Part shown: positions 1-8,037 of the stretch, piece by piece
Numbering within the stretch: the stretch's first letter is position 1
Layout: each line of letters starts with the position of its first letter
From: a virus
Strand: one strand, 5' to 3'
Virus record (IMG/VR): IMGVR_UViG_3300015050_000735
Span: 1-42,882 of that record
Length of the DNA: 42,882 bases
Program-made: the position numbers and the translations under genes
The notes under the pieces: generated by a model
What the model saw: the letters and a program-made list of their open reading frames with translations, nothing else
Told to the model about the DNA's origin: nothing
Database searches by the model: none

Positions 1-123
1 TGCACTTTGCATGCCAATGGTTCCTTATTTTCTAACACGGCTACGAAAGGAACGTAGGCATGGCGACTAGTGGCGTAGAGAGGACTTTGGGCATCCTGCT
101 CGCGAAGGTGGAAGGCATTGAAA
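1..123. repeat. Terminal direct repeat, left copy (identical to 42760..42882)
   Basis: Bases 1-123 (tgcactttgcatgcc...gaaggcattgaaa) recur exactly as the final 123 bases of the window. The unique unit is therefore about 42,759 bp, either circularly closed or terminally redundant. Confidence 0.9.
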
Positions 124-416
124 AGTCAATGCTGGCAGCCGAACGTGAAGCACATGAAACGAATGCCGCCGCCAATGTCAGCCGCGCCGCGATTCACCGG
201 AGAATGGATGATCTGCAAGGCGAGGTCTCCGATATCAAGACGGACATATCCGTGGTAAAGATCGACGTGGCCGATACGAAACGTGTCACGGAAGATGTGA
301 AGCGCTGGCGGCTCATGGGCCTTGGAGCGCTGGGGGTGACGGGTATCGCGGCGTCCGCGCTTACATCCCTGATCGCCTATTATTGGGATGTCGTCATTCG
401 ATCTCTTCGCGGCTAG
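60..416 (+). CDS. Coiled-coil protein with C-terminal transmembrane helix (118 aa); likely lysis-cassette accessory protein
   Basis: ORF preceded by AAGGAA Shine-Dalgarno. Heptad-like N-terminal part and hydrophobic tail LMGLGALGVTGIAASALTSLIAYYW. On the closed genome it follows the endolysin/holin-like genes. It resembles a Rhizobiales phage family (DUF1515-like) from memory. Confidence 0.65.
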   Translation: MATSGVERTLGILLAKVEGIEKSMLAAEREAHETNAAANVSRAAIHRRMDDLQGEVSDIKTDISVVKIDVADTKRVTEDVKRWRLMGLGALGVTGIAASALTSLIAYYWDVVIRSLRG

Positions 417-675
417 TCGCTCTCTGACCATGATGCGCCGCTTCTTCCTCCGCCACCTTATCAGGATGATTGGCCTGTCCTATAAGGTACAGATGGTGAG
501 GATGTTCTGGAGCTTGTGGTGAACCAAATCCCCCGCTCCAGATTTGGCATACTGCCTCGCAACCCAAACTGCGTTGGCTACCAGATTCCCATCCATCTCC
601 CCACCCCAGCAACAGCACATACAACAAGGATAAGCCATACACGGAGTAGGGCGGATGACTCAGAGCGACGGGAGA

Positions 676-939
676 TCATTGTGGTTCGAATTTCGCCTTT
701 AGACGCTCGTATTCTGAGCGTTCCTTTTCCGCTTCCTCACGTTCACGGCGCTTTTGATCTAGTTCATCGACTTTCTCATTCCAGTGCATCATAGCTTGGT
801 CAGCCAGATCCGAGACCCATTGATAAACACGCCGGTCGCATCCGGTATGGTCTGGCGACCAATTAATCCAGAACTCAATCTTGTCTTTCACATCGTGCAT
901 CTCGAACTCGATCTTGATACTCGCTCGATGGTCGCCCAT
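676..939 (-). CDS. Hypothetical protein (87 aa), last gene of the leftward operon
   Basis: Intact ORF with balanced composition and a charged helical tail (DELDQKRREREEAEKERSEYERLKAKF). No family recognised. Confidence 0.6.
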   Translation of the reverse strand: MGDHRASIKIEFEMHDVKDKIEFWINWSPDHTGCDRRVYQWVSDLADQAMMHWNEKVDELDQKRREREEAEKERSEYERLKAKFEPQ

Positions 940-940
940 C

Positions 941-1174
941 CTATTCCTCCATCGCCTTACTGATCATAGCTCGCCAGCACACTGCGATCGGGTCGGCGTC
1001 TCTGTCGAAATTGTCTTCTGCAAATTCGCACATCTGCGGGGTCGGCTCTCTCATTGCTTCGAGAACGGCGCGAGCGAACTCACGCGCCACGGTTATCGGC
1101 ATGTCGCCCTGACCAAACGCGCGGCACTTTGGTTCAAGCGCCTTCGCCATTCTCTCGACCATGCTGTCGCTCAT
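941..1174 (-). CDS. Hypothetical protein (77 aa, start at MSDSMVERMAKAL)
   Basis: ATGA overlap with the upstream zinc-ribbon ORF. Shares an A-x-x-EAMREP-x-x-x-M motif with the product of 18380..18619. Confidence 0.55.
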   Translation of the reverse strand: MSDSMVERMAKALEPKCRAFGQGDMPITVAREFARAVLEAMREPTPQMCEFAEDNFDRDADPIAVCWRAMISKAMEE

Positions 1175-1335
1175 TGTCCGTCTCCGGGATGTGGTGTCTT
1201 CAAAACGATATGCTTCTGCGAGCGAACATCGAACAGGCGCCCGCATTCGCACGGGACATCGGCAGGCCAGCGCTCTACGCGGTGTTCGCTGCCACAAGCG
1301 CTGCATTCGAACACGATCGCTGTCTTACTTCTCAT
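1171..1335 (-). CDS. Small zinc-ribbon protein (54 aa), below the ORF-track length cutoff
   Basis: Hand translation gives MRSKTAIVFECSACGSEHRVERWPADVPCECGRLFDVRSQKHIVLKTPHPGDGQ. GGAGGA lies upstream of the ATG at 1335. The stop overlaps the next start (ATGA). CxxC...CxC metal-binding pattern. Confidence 0.55.
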   Translation of the reverse strand: MRSKTAIVFECSACGSEHRVERWPADVPCECGRLFDVRSQKHIVLKTPHPGDGQ

Positions 1336-1353
1336 CTTATCCTCCGTGAACGT

Positions 1354-1569
1354 TCATCGGGTTTGGGGAGATGGCGCCTTAAACTCTGCCGGGAGAAGAA
1401 CGTTTGGCGGAGCGTCATCGAACATCCATGCAATTTGCGCCGGGGAATATCCGGCAAGACCGCAGCCGATAGGAGTAAGGGTGAACGTCAGATAACGTCG
1501 GCGGATTTCTCCCTCGTCCCATGTGACGCAGAATTCTCCGCGCAGTCGGGTGATGCGCCACTCTGGCAT
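1354..1569 (-). CDS. Small protein (71 aa) whose first ~26 residues resemble the N-terminus of prophage tyrosine integrases; possible truncated int remnant
   Basis: Internal start MPEWRITRLRGEFCVTWDEGEIRRRY matches, from memory, the R-L-x-G-x-F-x-V-x-W...RRRY N-termini of Rhizobiales integrases. No catalytic domain follows. It overlaps the upstream HTH gene by 82 nt. Confidence 0.4.
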   Translation of the reverse strand: MPEWRITRLRGEFCVTWDEGEIRRRYLTFTLTPIGCGLAGYSPAQIAWMFDDAPPNVLLPAEFKAPSPQTR

Positions 1570-1721
1570 TCGAAAGCCTCCACGTCTTCTTTTCGGATGC
1601 GGAGCAACTTGCCCGCTAGCCTGAACGCTGGCAACTCTCCGCGCGATATCATGTTGCGGACGTGGCGCTCGGAACACTGCCACATCTCGGCAACCTGTGC
1701 AGGTGTCAGCGCGCGTGTCAC
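1488..1721 (-). CDS. Excisionase-family (MerR-like) helix-turn-helix DNA-binding protein (77 aa)
   Basis: LTPAQVAEMWQCSERHVRNMISRGELPAFRLAGKLLRIRKEDVEAF is the classic excisionase-family HTH pattern. ATGA overlap with the upstream gene. Confidence 0.75.
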   Translation of the reverse strand: MTRALTPAQVAEMWQCSERHVRNMISRGELPAFRLAGKLLRIRKEDVEAFECQSGASPDCAENSASHGTREKSADVI

Positions 1722-1990
1722 GTCTCGTTGTCCTGTGCGCGGAGGATGGCGGACATGGCGTCTCTGATATTGTCCGGAGCGTATAGTTCAAGGTGCGCGT
1801 TGACGCTGTCGGGGGCAACCATTGCCCACCCTTCGCAGCCGTCCGCGCCGCAAGCGCAAGGCAGCGCATTCAGAACACGCCCTCCCATGTCGATAAAGCC
1901 GAGAACGGCCCACTCATCGCTGAGATCGGAACGCTTCGCATAGGCGCGGACAAACTCTTCTCGCGACAGCTCACGCATCACCGCCTCCAT
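1718..1990 (-). CDS. Hypothetical protein (~90 aa; start ambiguous, 1990 or 1978)
   Basis: ORF with good composition (MEAVMRELSREEFVRAYAKRSDLSDEWAVLGFIDMGG...). Cys cluster CACGADGCEGW. Stop overlaps the next start. Confidence 0.55.
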   Translation of the reverse strand: MEAVMRELSREEFVRAYAKRSDLSDEWAVLGFIDMGGRVLNALPCACGADGCEGWAMVAPDSVNAHLELYAPDNIRDAMSAILRAQDNET

Positions 1991-2261
1991 TGCCAAGGGC
2001 GGCGCGGGCATCATCGACGAAAATACCTGCGGCAACATCGCCATGCTCACGGCGAACAAGGGCTAGATCGTAGCGCGCCAGCGCGGTTTTAACTTCCTCC
2101 AGCACTCGCACCCTCTCTTCCTGGCGGGTGCGTTCGGACATGAGGGCACGGGCGATAACAGACTCCGCAAATGGGCGGTTTGCTTCTCGAAAGCGCGCTG
2201 GTATATCGGCGACTATCTCCCGCGCCGCCTGCATCAGATCCTCGGGGATTGTCTCAGACAT
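1971..2261 (-). CDS. Hypothetical protein (96 aa)
   Basis: Intact ORF in the operon, overlapping its neighbours by a few nt. No family recognised. Confidence 0.6.
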   Translation of the reverse strand: MSETIPEDLMQAAREIVADIPARFREANRPFAESVIARALMSERTRQEERVRVLEEVKTALARYDLALVRREHGDVAAGIFVDDARAALGNGGGDA

Positions 2262-2625
2262 CGGACGGCTCCTTCAGATTGCGGATGGCGGTGTCGGCTA
2301 TTTCGTCGTAGGCTGACTCCGCTTCTTGCGCGAACGACGACCGCGAGCGGCCGGCTTTGACAGCGGCTTCTGCAAGAGCCTCCATGTCGGATCGCTCCAC
2401 CAGTTCCCGCTCCACCCCCTCGACGGGAACCGGAGCGTCCAGTGCAGCATCAATGGCGGCGAGGGCAGCATAGGCGTGCGCTTGCTCGGAACTCATATCG
2501 AGCCGATCGGCGACTTCGCACGTCCTGTTGACGACTTTGTGCAGCCAGTCGGGCCACTGATCGCAGTCCCATGCTTGCGTTTCGAGGACTTCCGCCTTCC
2601 TTGCCTGTGCGAGTGCTTGGGTCAT
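2254..2625 (-). CDS. Hypothetical acidic protein (123 aa)
   Basis: Intact ORF with a 4-nt overlap with the upstream gene. No family recognised. Confidence 0.6.
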   Translation of the reverse strand: MTQALAQARKAEVLETQAWDCDQWPDWLHKVVNRTCEVADRLDMSSEQAHAYAALAAIDAALDAPVPVEGVERELVERSDMEALAEAAVKAGRSRSSFAQEAESAYDEIADTAIRNLKEPSDV

Positions 2626-2939
2626 GTCAGCGCTCCAGTCTTGCGCGAAATTTCCATATACCGGCCGATCTTCGCTGCCTTCTCCGCAACCTCTATTTCG
2701 GGCGCCGGGAGCAGACCTTCAGAGACGCAGATTTCATAGACGGCAACGAGATCAGCATATTCTCCAGCGATCCGCTGAGCGTTATTGAGAGGCTGTCCAA
2801 CCTGCACTTCGGAAAGCCCGAAGCGGAGAGCCTTCATCACGCGCTGCCCGACTTCGTCGCACTCTTCCGCTAGGCAAGTCAGCAAGTGTTCCGATCTGTT
2901 CACCTTCAATCTCCTTCGTGATTTGCGCCTGCCGGCCAC
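2622..2939 (-). CDS. MazG-like all-alpha NTP pyrophosphohydrolase family protein (105 aa)
   Basis: Helix LLTCLAEECDEVGQRVMKALRFG carries an EExxE-type motif typical of MazG-like proteins. The start codon at 2939 is GTG by hand check; an alternative GTG lies at 2903. Confidence 0.55.
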   Translation of the reverse strand: MAGRRKSRRRLKVNRSEHLLTCLAEECDEVGQRVMKALRFGLSEVQVGQPLNNAQRIAGEYADLVAVYEICVSEGLLPAPEIEVAEKAAKIGRYMEISRKTGALT

Positions 2940-3322
2940 ACCGCATAGAGCGGGCGGCGAGCTAACTGCTGTTTCGGTTCCTTCGCCGGGGCTTTAGGCC
3001 GGGAAGGGATTGACTGCTTCGGGCGCGTGTTCATGCCCATGAACTGCTGACGCACTGTTTTCGCGGCGAGCGGCGTATCCCGATTTGCTGTTTTCCAGCC
3101 GTGGCATTTCGGGCATACTGCTCGACAGTTTTCGAGGCTGTTATCCTTGGAGTTCGCGTCCAGGATCAGGTGATCGTATTGAACGCCTAGCGCGAGGTTC
3201 GCCGTGCAGCGAGTGCCTTCGGGAAGGCCATACCAAGAACCGACAGCCTCACAGACAAGGCCGGATCGCTTCAATGCCTGTTTGCGGACTGCCGCGTTGA
3301 ACTCTGCGCGCGCCACGTTCAT
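2906..3322 (-). CDS. HNH endonuclease (138 aa)
   Basis: HNH/zinc motif CEAVG...GVQYDHLILDANSKDNSLENCRAVCPKCHGWKT. Confidence 0.8.
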   Translation of the reverse strand: MNVARAEFNAAVRKQALKRSGLVCEAVGSWYGLPEGTRCTANLALGVQYDHLILDANSKDNSLENCRAVCPKCHGWKTANRDTPLAAKTVRQQFMGMNTRPKQSIPSRPKAPAKEPKQQLARRPLYAVWPAGANHEGD

Positions 3323-3531
3323 TCCCCTTGGGTGAGAGCGGAACGACCGGCGTCGATAAGGAATTGCAGTATAGCTGGGTAGATCGAGATAGACGCCGAA
3401 GGGCTTGAGCCGTGCGTCTCAATCTTGATGCCGTTGTCGCGAGGAAAGTTCGCCCGCGCCAGTCTAACCACGGCTTCGAGGGTGTCCAAGACTTCCTGAT
3501 AATCGCGTTTCTGATATTCTGTCAGTTTCAT
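3319..3531 (-). CDS. Hypothetical protein (70 aa, start at MKLTEYQKRDYQEVL)
   Basis: The internal ATG shares one nt with the upstream stop (TGATG). The sequence upstream in the long ORF is Arg/His/Pro-rich and looks non-coding. Confidence 0.55.
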   Translation of the reverse strand: MKLTEYQKRDYQEVLDTLEAVVRLARANFPRDNGIKIETHGSSPSASISIYPAILQFLIDAGRSALTQGE

Positions 3532-3719
3532 CACCCTCTCCTGCTCTCTTCCATGACCGCCGCGATGAAGAACTCCCGCCACTGTCGCCAGAACCGCATT
3601 TCCTCGACTTCCCTGATCAGCCGTCGCGTTGTCGTGTTGTATGCCTGCACGTAAGGCCGGGAGCGGGTGTGCGGCTTGACCGGGATGGGGCGAGGGTGTT
3701 CGAGCGGGGAGAGGTTCAT
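3531..3719 (-). CDS. Hypothetical protein (62 aa)
   Basis: ORF exactly bridging two genes, with ATGA and TGATG overlaps at its two ends. Confidence 0.5.
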   Translation of the reverse strand: MNLSPLEHPRPIPVKPHTRSRPYVQAYNTTTRRLIREVEEMRFWRQWREFFIAAVMEESRRG

Positions 3720-4114
3720 GCTGCCTGCTCCTGTGGTTCATTGAACTGGACGCCATGACGCGCGCCGAACTCGGCTATGATCTCCATCAGATCCGACATC
3801 TCGGCCTTGGACAGGTCCGACGATGACCGGCCGAGATTGACGAAGCCGTTCCCGTCCAGGTTCGGCACCATGCGGACCTCACGCTTCAGTGCGTCGAGGA
3901 AGATCAGTTTGAAATCGTCTGGCGTGAGCGTCAGGCCATGATATTTGACCTGACACGCGACATCGGTCAGCATCGCCCACATGCGATCGTTCTGCTCGTT
4001 CGTGCGCTTCGCCTCTTTGAACTCGATACGCATTCCAGGCTTGGCGTTGCGTGCCCACATTGCGGCCTTGGCGACATCTGCCGCGCCGCGAATGATGATG
4101 GTCCAGCGAGACAT
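3716..4114 (-). CDS. ninB: NinB/Orf-family recombination mediator (132 aa, start at MSRWTIIIRG)
   Basis: RTNEQNDRMWAMLTDVACQVKYHG...MVPNLDGNGFVNLGRSSSDLSKAEMSDLMEIIAEFGARHGVQF aligns by eye with lambda NinB (RSLDQNRKLWACLGDVSRQVEWHG...VVPNLAGNGFVVIGQSTSRM...ELIQAFGTERGVKW). Confidence 0.88.
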   Translation of the reverse strand: MSRWTIIIRGAADVAKAAMWARNAKPGMRIEFKEAKRTNEQNDRMWAMLTDVACQVKYHGLTLTPDDFKLIFLDALKREVRMVPNLDGNGFVNLGRSSSDLSKAEMSDLMEIIAEFGARHGVQFNEPQEQAA

Positions 4115-4124
4115 CTGCGGCTCC

Positions 4125-4661
4125 TCAGAACGGAAATGATCGGTAAATTGTAGCGTCGTGCATCTGCTTCCCATCCTTGCTGGCTTTGCCTCGAAGGGGC
4201 TGTGTCAACGCACGTTCAACCGACCACCCATATTTGAGACGGAGATTGAGCGTTGACTGCTCAATCCCGACTTCCTCAGCCCACTCAGCCGCCGTCTTGA
4301 CTTGCCCGTTAAACTCAAGAAACCGAGACGACCGCCTGTTGCGGCACTGTTCCTTGCGCGTTGCCCAGCGGCAGTTTCCGGGCTCGTAGTTCCCATCGTT
4401 GTCGATGCGGTCTATTGAATGAGCCTTGGATGGTCTGCGTCCCATGTCTTCCAGGAAGTTGACGAAGTCAGCCATCCAACGGTCGCAAACCTTGATGCCG
4501 CGCGCACCATAGCTGTCGTATCGGTTGTTCTTCGGGTTGTTGCAGCGCGCGCGCAGGTTCATCCAAATGGAATACTCAGGCGAGTATTTCCCCGCCGTCT
4601 TGTATCCGTGGCGATAGTTGCGGGCGCGCTCGCTCGGTGGGATGAGTTCTACGGTGCTCAA
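4125..4661 (-). CDS. HNH_3-like (His-to-Ser variant) DNA-binding protein with C-terminal HTH; homing-endonuclease-like (178 aa)
   Basis: YSIWMNLRARCNNPKNNRYDSYGARGIKVCDRWMADFVNFLEDMG..SIDRIDNDGNYEPGNCRWATRKEQCRN followed by an HTH-like tail. Paralog of 13618..14274. Confidence 0.7.
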   Translation of the reverse strand: MSTVELIPPSERARNYRHGYKTAGKYSPEYSIWMNLRARCNNPKNNRYDSYGARGIKVCDRWMADFVNFLEDMGRRPSKAHSIDRIDNDGNYEPGNCRWATRKEQCRNRRSSRFLEFNGQVKTAAEWAEEVGIEQSTLNLRLKYGWSVERALTQPLRGKASKDGKQMHDATIYRSFPF

Positions 4662-5056
4662 AAGGGAACCTCCCCTAAATCGTCGTCCAGATCGCGCCCA
4701 CCGTGCGTGCGCGGGTCGTCTCTGTCGGCCTTCTGGCGCTCCTGCTTCGGAGCCGCTTCACGCTTCTCCCCGCCCTGCATGGTGAGTTCCGAGACGCGGA
4801 CGGTGAAATACGTCTTGCCGTCATGCTCGCGCTTGCCGAGATCGCCTGACACCGAGACGGCGTTGCCTTTGGACAGGTGAGGTTCCAACGCCTCGCCCCG
4901 CTTGCCGAACAGCGAGCAATCGAACCACAGCGTGCCCTTGCGCTCGCCATAGCCATCATCGACGGCGACGGTGAAATTGAGAACGGCTGTTCCGTCCTGT
5001 GTCCTGCGGAGTTCGGCGTCCTTGCCGAGACGGCCTGCGATTACGATGGTCTTCAC
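4658..5056 (-). CDS. ssb: Single-stranded DNA-binding protein
   Basis: OB-fold start MKTIVIAGRLGKDAELRRTQDGTAVLNFTVAV...LWFDCSLFGKRGEAL and acidic C-terminal tip DDDLGEVPF. Confidence 0.9.
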   Translation of the reverse strand: MKTIVIAGRLGKDAELRRTQDGTAVLNFTVAVDDGYGERKGTLWFDCSLFGKRGEALEPHLSKGNAVSVSGDLGKREHDGKTYFTVRVSELTMQGGEKREAAPKQERQKADRDDPRTHGGRDLDDDLGEVPF

Positions 5057-5065
5057 GGTGTTCTC

Positions 5066-5785
5066 CTAGAGTGGGCGCTGCGGGCTGTTGGCGAGGTGAG
5101 GGGGAAGAGACGGCGGCAGATCGCCGGGGAAGTCGTCAGCCGCGACGATTTCTTCCTTGCGCGTCTTGCACCGCTCAGCGGCTTGGGCGAGGAAGGGCGC
5201 GCTCCACGTCTTGCGGATTTCGCGATACAGGTTCTCGACCTGTAGGACGGACGTGCATCCGAGAAGGTCGTTCTCGAAATAGGTCCAGGAATCGTCTTCC
5301 CGCAGCTTGTGGCTGCTCTCGCCGCCGAGAAGCTTGTGGAGGCGGGTCATCTCGTGCTTGGCGATGCCGTTGACGTAGACCTTGCCGTCCTTCTCGTTCG
5401 TGTCGAGCGCGACCCACGGGCTGTCCAGATCGTAGAGATACTGGCCGATGCCCCACAGGACCGCAGCGCGCTTGAATGCGTCGGATAGCGCGCCTTTCTC
5501 AGCCTCGATATCGCTGTCTCCGGCGCCGTTGGATTTCCAGATCCATTCACCGTTGAACTTGATGCCGATGCGGCATACAGTCTTCTGCGCGGCGTGCGGA
5601 TAGTCGCATTGCCAGTTCTCCGGCCCGCACACTTCATCAAGGCGCTGCATCACGTCGCGCGCATCGATGTAAGCAAGGGCAAGGCCCTTCTTCTTGTCCT
5701 TGCTGGTGGAGCCGACGCGCCAGGAAATGCGGTCTGGCGGGAAGGGCAGCTTGAGGGCTGCGAGGTGGATTGGCTTTTCGGTCAT
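5066..5785 (-). CDS. Rad52/Rad22-family single-strand annealing protein (239 aa)
   Basis: ISWRVGSTSKDKKKGLALAYIDARDVMQRLDEVCGPENWQCDY...GALSDAFKRAAVLWGIGQYLY matches the phage Rad52-like SSAP pattern. It sits next to ssb and ninB. Confidence 0.78.
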   Translation of the reverse strand: MTEKPIHLAALKLPFPPDRISWRVGSTSKDKKKGLALAYIDARDVMQRLDEVCGPENWQCDYPHAAQKTVCRIGIKFNGEWIWKSNGAGDSDIEAEKGALSDAFKRAAVLWGIGQYLYDLDSPWVALDTNEKDGKVYVNGIAKHEMTRLHKLLGGESSHKLREDDSWTYFENDLLGCTSVLQVENLYREIRKTWSAPFLAQAAERCKTRKEEIVAADDFPGDLPPSLPPHLANSPQRPL

Positions 5786-5955
5786 TGCCGTGGCTTCCTT
5801 TCAGCCTCATCAATCAGGAAGTTTGCGACCATCTGCCGGGCCTCTTCGAAGCCATACAGGCGGATCAGATCGCGGATTGCGCATCGGGCGGAATAGTCGA
5901 GCATCCCTTCCGGGATTTCGAACACCGTCCGCTCGTCCTCTCTGGCGTGGGTCAT
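5782..5955 (-). CDS. Small hypothetical protein (57 aa), below the ORF-track cutoff
   Basis: Hand translation gives MTHAREDERTVFEIPEGMLDYSARCAIRDLIRLYGFEEARQMVANFLIDEAERKPRQ. ATGA overlaps at both ends (5952-5955 and 5782-5785). Confidence 0.5.
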   Translation of the reverse strand: MTHAREDERTVFEIPEGMLDYSARCAIRDLIRLYGFEEARQMVANFLIDEAERKPRQ

Positions 5956-6182
5956 GACGGGTCGTCTGCCGGGATTTCATCGACTGTGATGTCGATGTTG
6001 GGCTGGATCGTCCTATCTTCCGGCACGTCGAGCGATGCTGCGATGACTAGTGAGCGGAAAGCAGTGTCGGGAACGTTGACGGTGATCTTCACCCCGATCT
6101 CGTCACGCGACAGAGACGGCCACCGCTTCGTCATTCGAACGACGCCGCCGCGATCAACCGCAAGGAATACCGTGTCTTTCAT
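5952..6182 (-). CDS. Hypothetical protein (76 aa, start at MKDTVFLAVDRGG)
   Basis: ORF within the operon with a plausible internal ATG. No family recognised. Confidence 0.55.
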   Translation of the reverse strand: MKDTVFLAVDRGGVVRMTKRWPSLSRDEIGVKITVNVPDTAFRSLVIAASLDVPEDRTIQPNIDITVDEIPADDPS

Positions 6183-6183
6183 C

Positions 6184-6282
6184 TCACATCCTCTCGAAAA
6201 GAAACGCGCCATAGACCGCAGCGAGGATCAGCGCCGTGGAAAGACGGGGCCGTGTCGCGAGCCATTCGATTGCGGGGGTCAT
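6184..6282 (-). CDS. Possible 32-aa membrane micro-protein
   Basis: Hand translation gives MTPAIEWLATRPRLSTALILAAVYGAFLFERM. The start overlaps the upstream stop (ATGA at 6279-6282) and the stop lies 1 nt before the next ATG. Confidence 0.35.
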   Translation of the reverse strand: MTPAIEWLATRPRLSTALILAAVYGAFLFERM

Positions 6283-6683
6283 GGCTTGGCCTCGCGAGCG
6301 GATTTCGGCTTGATTTCGTGCAAGTCATGGCCGAACCCTGCACCGTCGCAATTGGTGTTCTTGCACCACCACAACGGGGCAAGCCGCGATTCCTCGGAAC
6401 CAAGCATCCCGACGATTGCCGTCTGCATTCGCGGGCGATATTCGAGGCGCATCTTGTCGCTGAGATACTTCCCGCCGCAGTGCCAGCAGTGAACCCGCAC
6501 GGGCAAAGCGGGCGATTGTGGAGGGGCGAATAGCGTTTCCTTCTTGGGGTTTGGTTGCCCAAACGCGCTGACGGCAACAGCTTCCAATTCGCTATCGAGC
6601 GCTGTGCGGATGACATCGACTTCGGCTGTTGCCTTTGTCGTCGCGGCTTCAAACGCGCGGCGGAACATCTTGGTTTTGCTCAT
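6279..6683 (-). CDS. Hypothetical Cys/His-containing protein (134 aa, start at MSKTKMFRRAFEAA)
   Basis: ORF with VHCWHCGG...WWCKNTNCDG, suggesting a zinc site. Start is coupled to the upstream micro-ORF (TGATG). Confidence 0.6.
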   Translation of the reverse strand: MSKTKMFRRAFEAATTKATAEVDVIRTALDSELEAVAVSAFGQPNPKKETLFAPPQSPALPVRVHCWHCGGKYLSDKMRLEYRPRMQTAIVGMLGSEESRLAPLWWCKNTNCDGAGFGHDLHEIKPKSAREAKP

Positions 6684-6835
6684 CACATCATCTCCACTCG
6701 TGCAGAACATCCGCCCAGCGAACGCCAGAACGCGGCATTGGCGAGGGCTTCGGATTTGCGGGAAAACGGGCCGGACCAAAAGAGCGGCGGCAATACACGG
6801 TCGCTGAGAGGGGTGACGATCACGCGATAGGCCAT
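6683..6835 (-). CDS. Possible 50-aa protein, below the ORF-track cutoff
   Basis: Hand translation gives MAYRVIVTPLSDRVLPPLFWSGPFSRKSEALANAAFWRSLGGCSARVEMM. TGATG overlaps at both ends. Confidence 0.4.
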   Translation of the reverse strand: MAYRVIVTPLSDRVLPPLFWSGPFSRKSEALANAAFWRSLGGCSARVEMM

Positions 6836-7182
6836 CACGCGGCCTCTAGCTTTGCCAGCGCGGCATCTGCGGCATACATGGCCGTGAGAAGCCCGCCCAA
6901 TTCAGGGGCGATCATCGATACAGCGTCCTTCCAAGCAGCTACGCGCCGCAGCGCTTCCGCAAGCTCGTCTATGCTGTTCACAGCACGGACGATGAAGGCG
7001 GCGTTGGCTTCGAGTTCGGCGTCTTGCGTTCGGTCGCCTAGAGAATTCCTGTCGTAAGGGCGGTAGATAAAACCACCTTCCATCCTCACCGAAAAACGGT
7101 TCACCTGCCCCGTCTCATCCAGCGCGTAGATCGTCATTCCGTCTCTGAGCCAAGGCGTCGGCGTGTGTGCGGTCGTGGTCAT
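6835..7182 (-). CDS. Hypothetical protein (115 aa)
   Basis: Intact ORF. N-terminal HTPTPW motif followed by a helical C-terminal part. Confidence 0.65.
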   Translation of the reverse strand: MTTTAHTPTPWLRDGMTIYALDETGQVNRFSVRMEGGFIYRPYDRNSLGDRTQDAELEANAAFIVRAVNSIDELAEALRRVAAWKDAVSMIAPELGGLLTAMYAADAALAKLEAA

Positions 7183-7509
7183 CTACGCAGCCCTTTCCTG
7201 AACGGCGTCGTCAGCCCAATCGCGGGCGTCCGAAAGGATTTCATCCATCGCATCGTGAACCCGCATATCCGCGCGTTCGGTGGCGGATACGGCGCGGTTG
7301 CCAAGGTTTGCCGCGATCTCGACTGCCTCGATCAGAACGTCATCGCAGATCGTCGCGATCTGACGGGCGTAGTCCGAATAGGTGAGGGCGCTTTCGGCTT
7401 GCAGTTCCATCGTGGCAATCGCGGAGCAGTGCAGCCCGTCTTTGAGCGCACAGAGCTGCGCACAGGCCCGCTCGATTGCGACGGTGAGGTCACGCTTGTC
7501 CTGGTTCAT
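7183..7509 (-). CDS. Hypothetical acidic protein (108 aa)
   Basis: Intact ORF abutting its neighbours. No family recognised. Confidence 0.6.
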   Translation of the reverse strand: MNQDKRDLTVAIERACAQLCALKDGLHCSAIATMELQAESALTYSDYARQIATICDDVLIEAVEIAANLGNRAVSATERADMRVHDAMDEILSDARDWADDAVQERAA

Positions 7510-7513
7510 CTGA

Positions 7514-7984
7514 TCAGCCTCCAGCCTTGGCGACTTTTTTCAGTCCGTCATCGAGTTTGTTCCGCAAGGTCTGTTCCTCGCTCGTTGAAATCGCGCTCAG
7601 AAGCGCTTCGAACTCGTCCGGGTTACGAAAGAACAGAGCCGCGTCATGGGGGGTCTGTATGGAGCAGACGTAGCGCCCGGACGCCTCCTTGAGGTTCGTG
7701 AGATAAGCAATCCGCTTCGAACGGCTGTCGTTCATGTCGTCGCCGAGGTGGTCCCGCAGCTCTTCAAGCGTTGCAATCAGCTCGTCGCGTAGATCGCCGA
7801 GATCGATGGTTGCTTTCCGATCTGCCGCGTCAAACCAGCCCTCGACAAACTCACGAGCCGCCCACATCTTCACGCGCCGCTCAGTCTCATCCGCATAGGA
7901 CCAGCCACGGATTTCCTTGCCGTCTAGCGTGACGGTGATCTCGTCTTTGTCGTTGTCGACTACGCGGGGGGCGGTCATCTTCAT
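7514..7984 (-). CDS. Hypothetical protein (156 aa, start at MKMTAPRVVDND)
   Basis: GAGAGGAAATG gives a good Shine-Dalgarno for the ATG at 7984. Confidence 0.62.
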   Translation of the reverse strand: MKMTAPRVVDNDKDEITVTLDGKEIRGWSYADETERRVKMWAAREFVEGWFDAADRKATIDLGDLRDELIATLEELRDHLGDDMNDSRSKRIAYLTNLKEASGRYVCSIQTPHDAALFFRNPDEFEALLSAISTSEEQTLRNKLDDGLKKVAKAGG

Positions 7985-8004
7985 TTCCTCTCGGCCCATT
8001 GAAG

Positions 8005-8026
8005 GACCGGCGCGGGAACGCCGGTC
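8005..8026 (-). other. Intergenic 8-bp GC-rich hairpin (GACCGGCG-N6-CGCCGGTC)
   Basis: Perfect inverted repeat between the stop at 8038 and the start at 7984. No U-run follows on the transcribed strand. Confidence 0.45.
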
Positions 8027-8037
8027 GATGAAGGGGT

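Noticed and set aside
394-642. 82-aa minus-strand ORF in the 417..675 gap
   Set aside because: It has no Shine-Dalgarno and an odd composition (His/Gly/Gln-rich after a short hydrophobic start). It overlaps the 3' end of the gene at 60..416. The gap is more likely the non-coding end of the leftward operon. I could not identify an attP or terminator there.
676-700. GGTTCGAAT, resembling a tRNA T-loop and possibly marking an attP or tRNA fragment
   Set aside because: The flanking bases cannot form a T-stem or acceptor stem, and the sequence encodes the C-terminus (KAKFEPQ) of the gene at 676..939.
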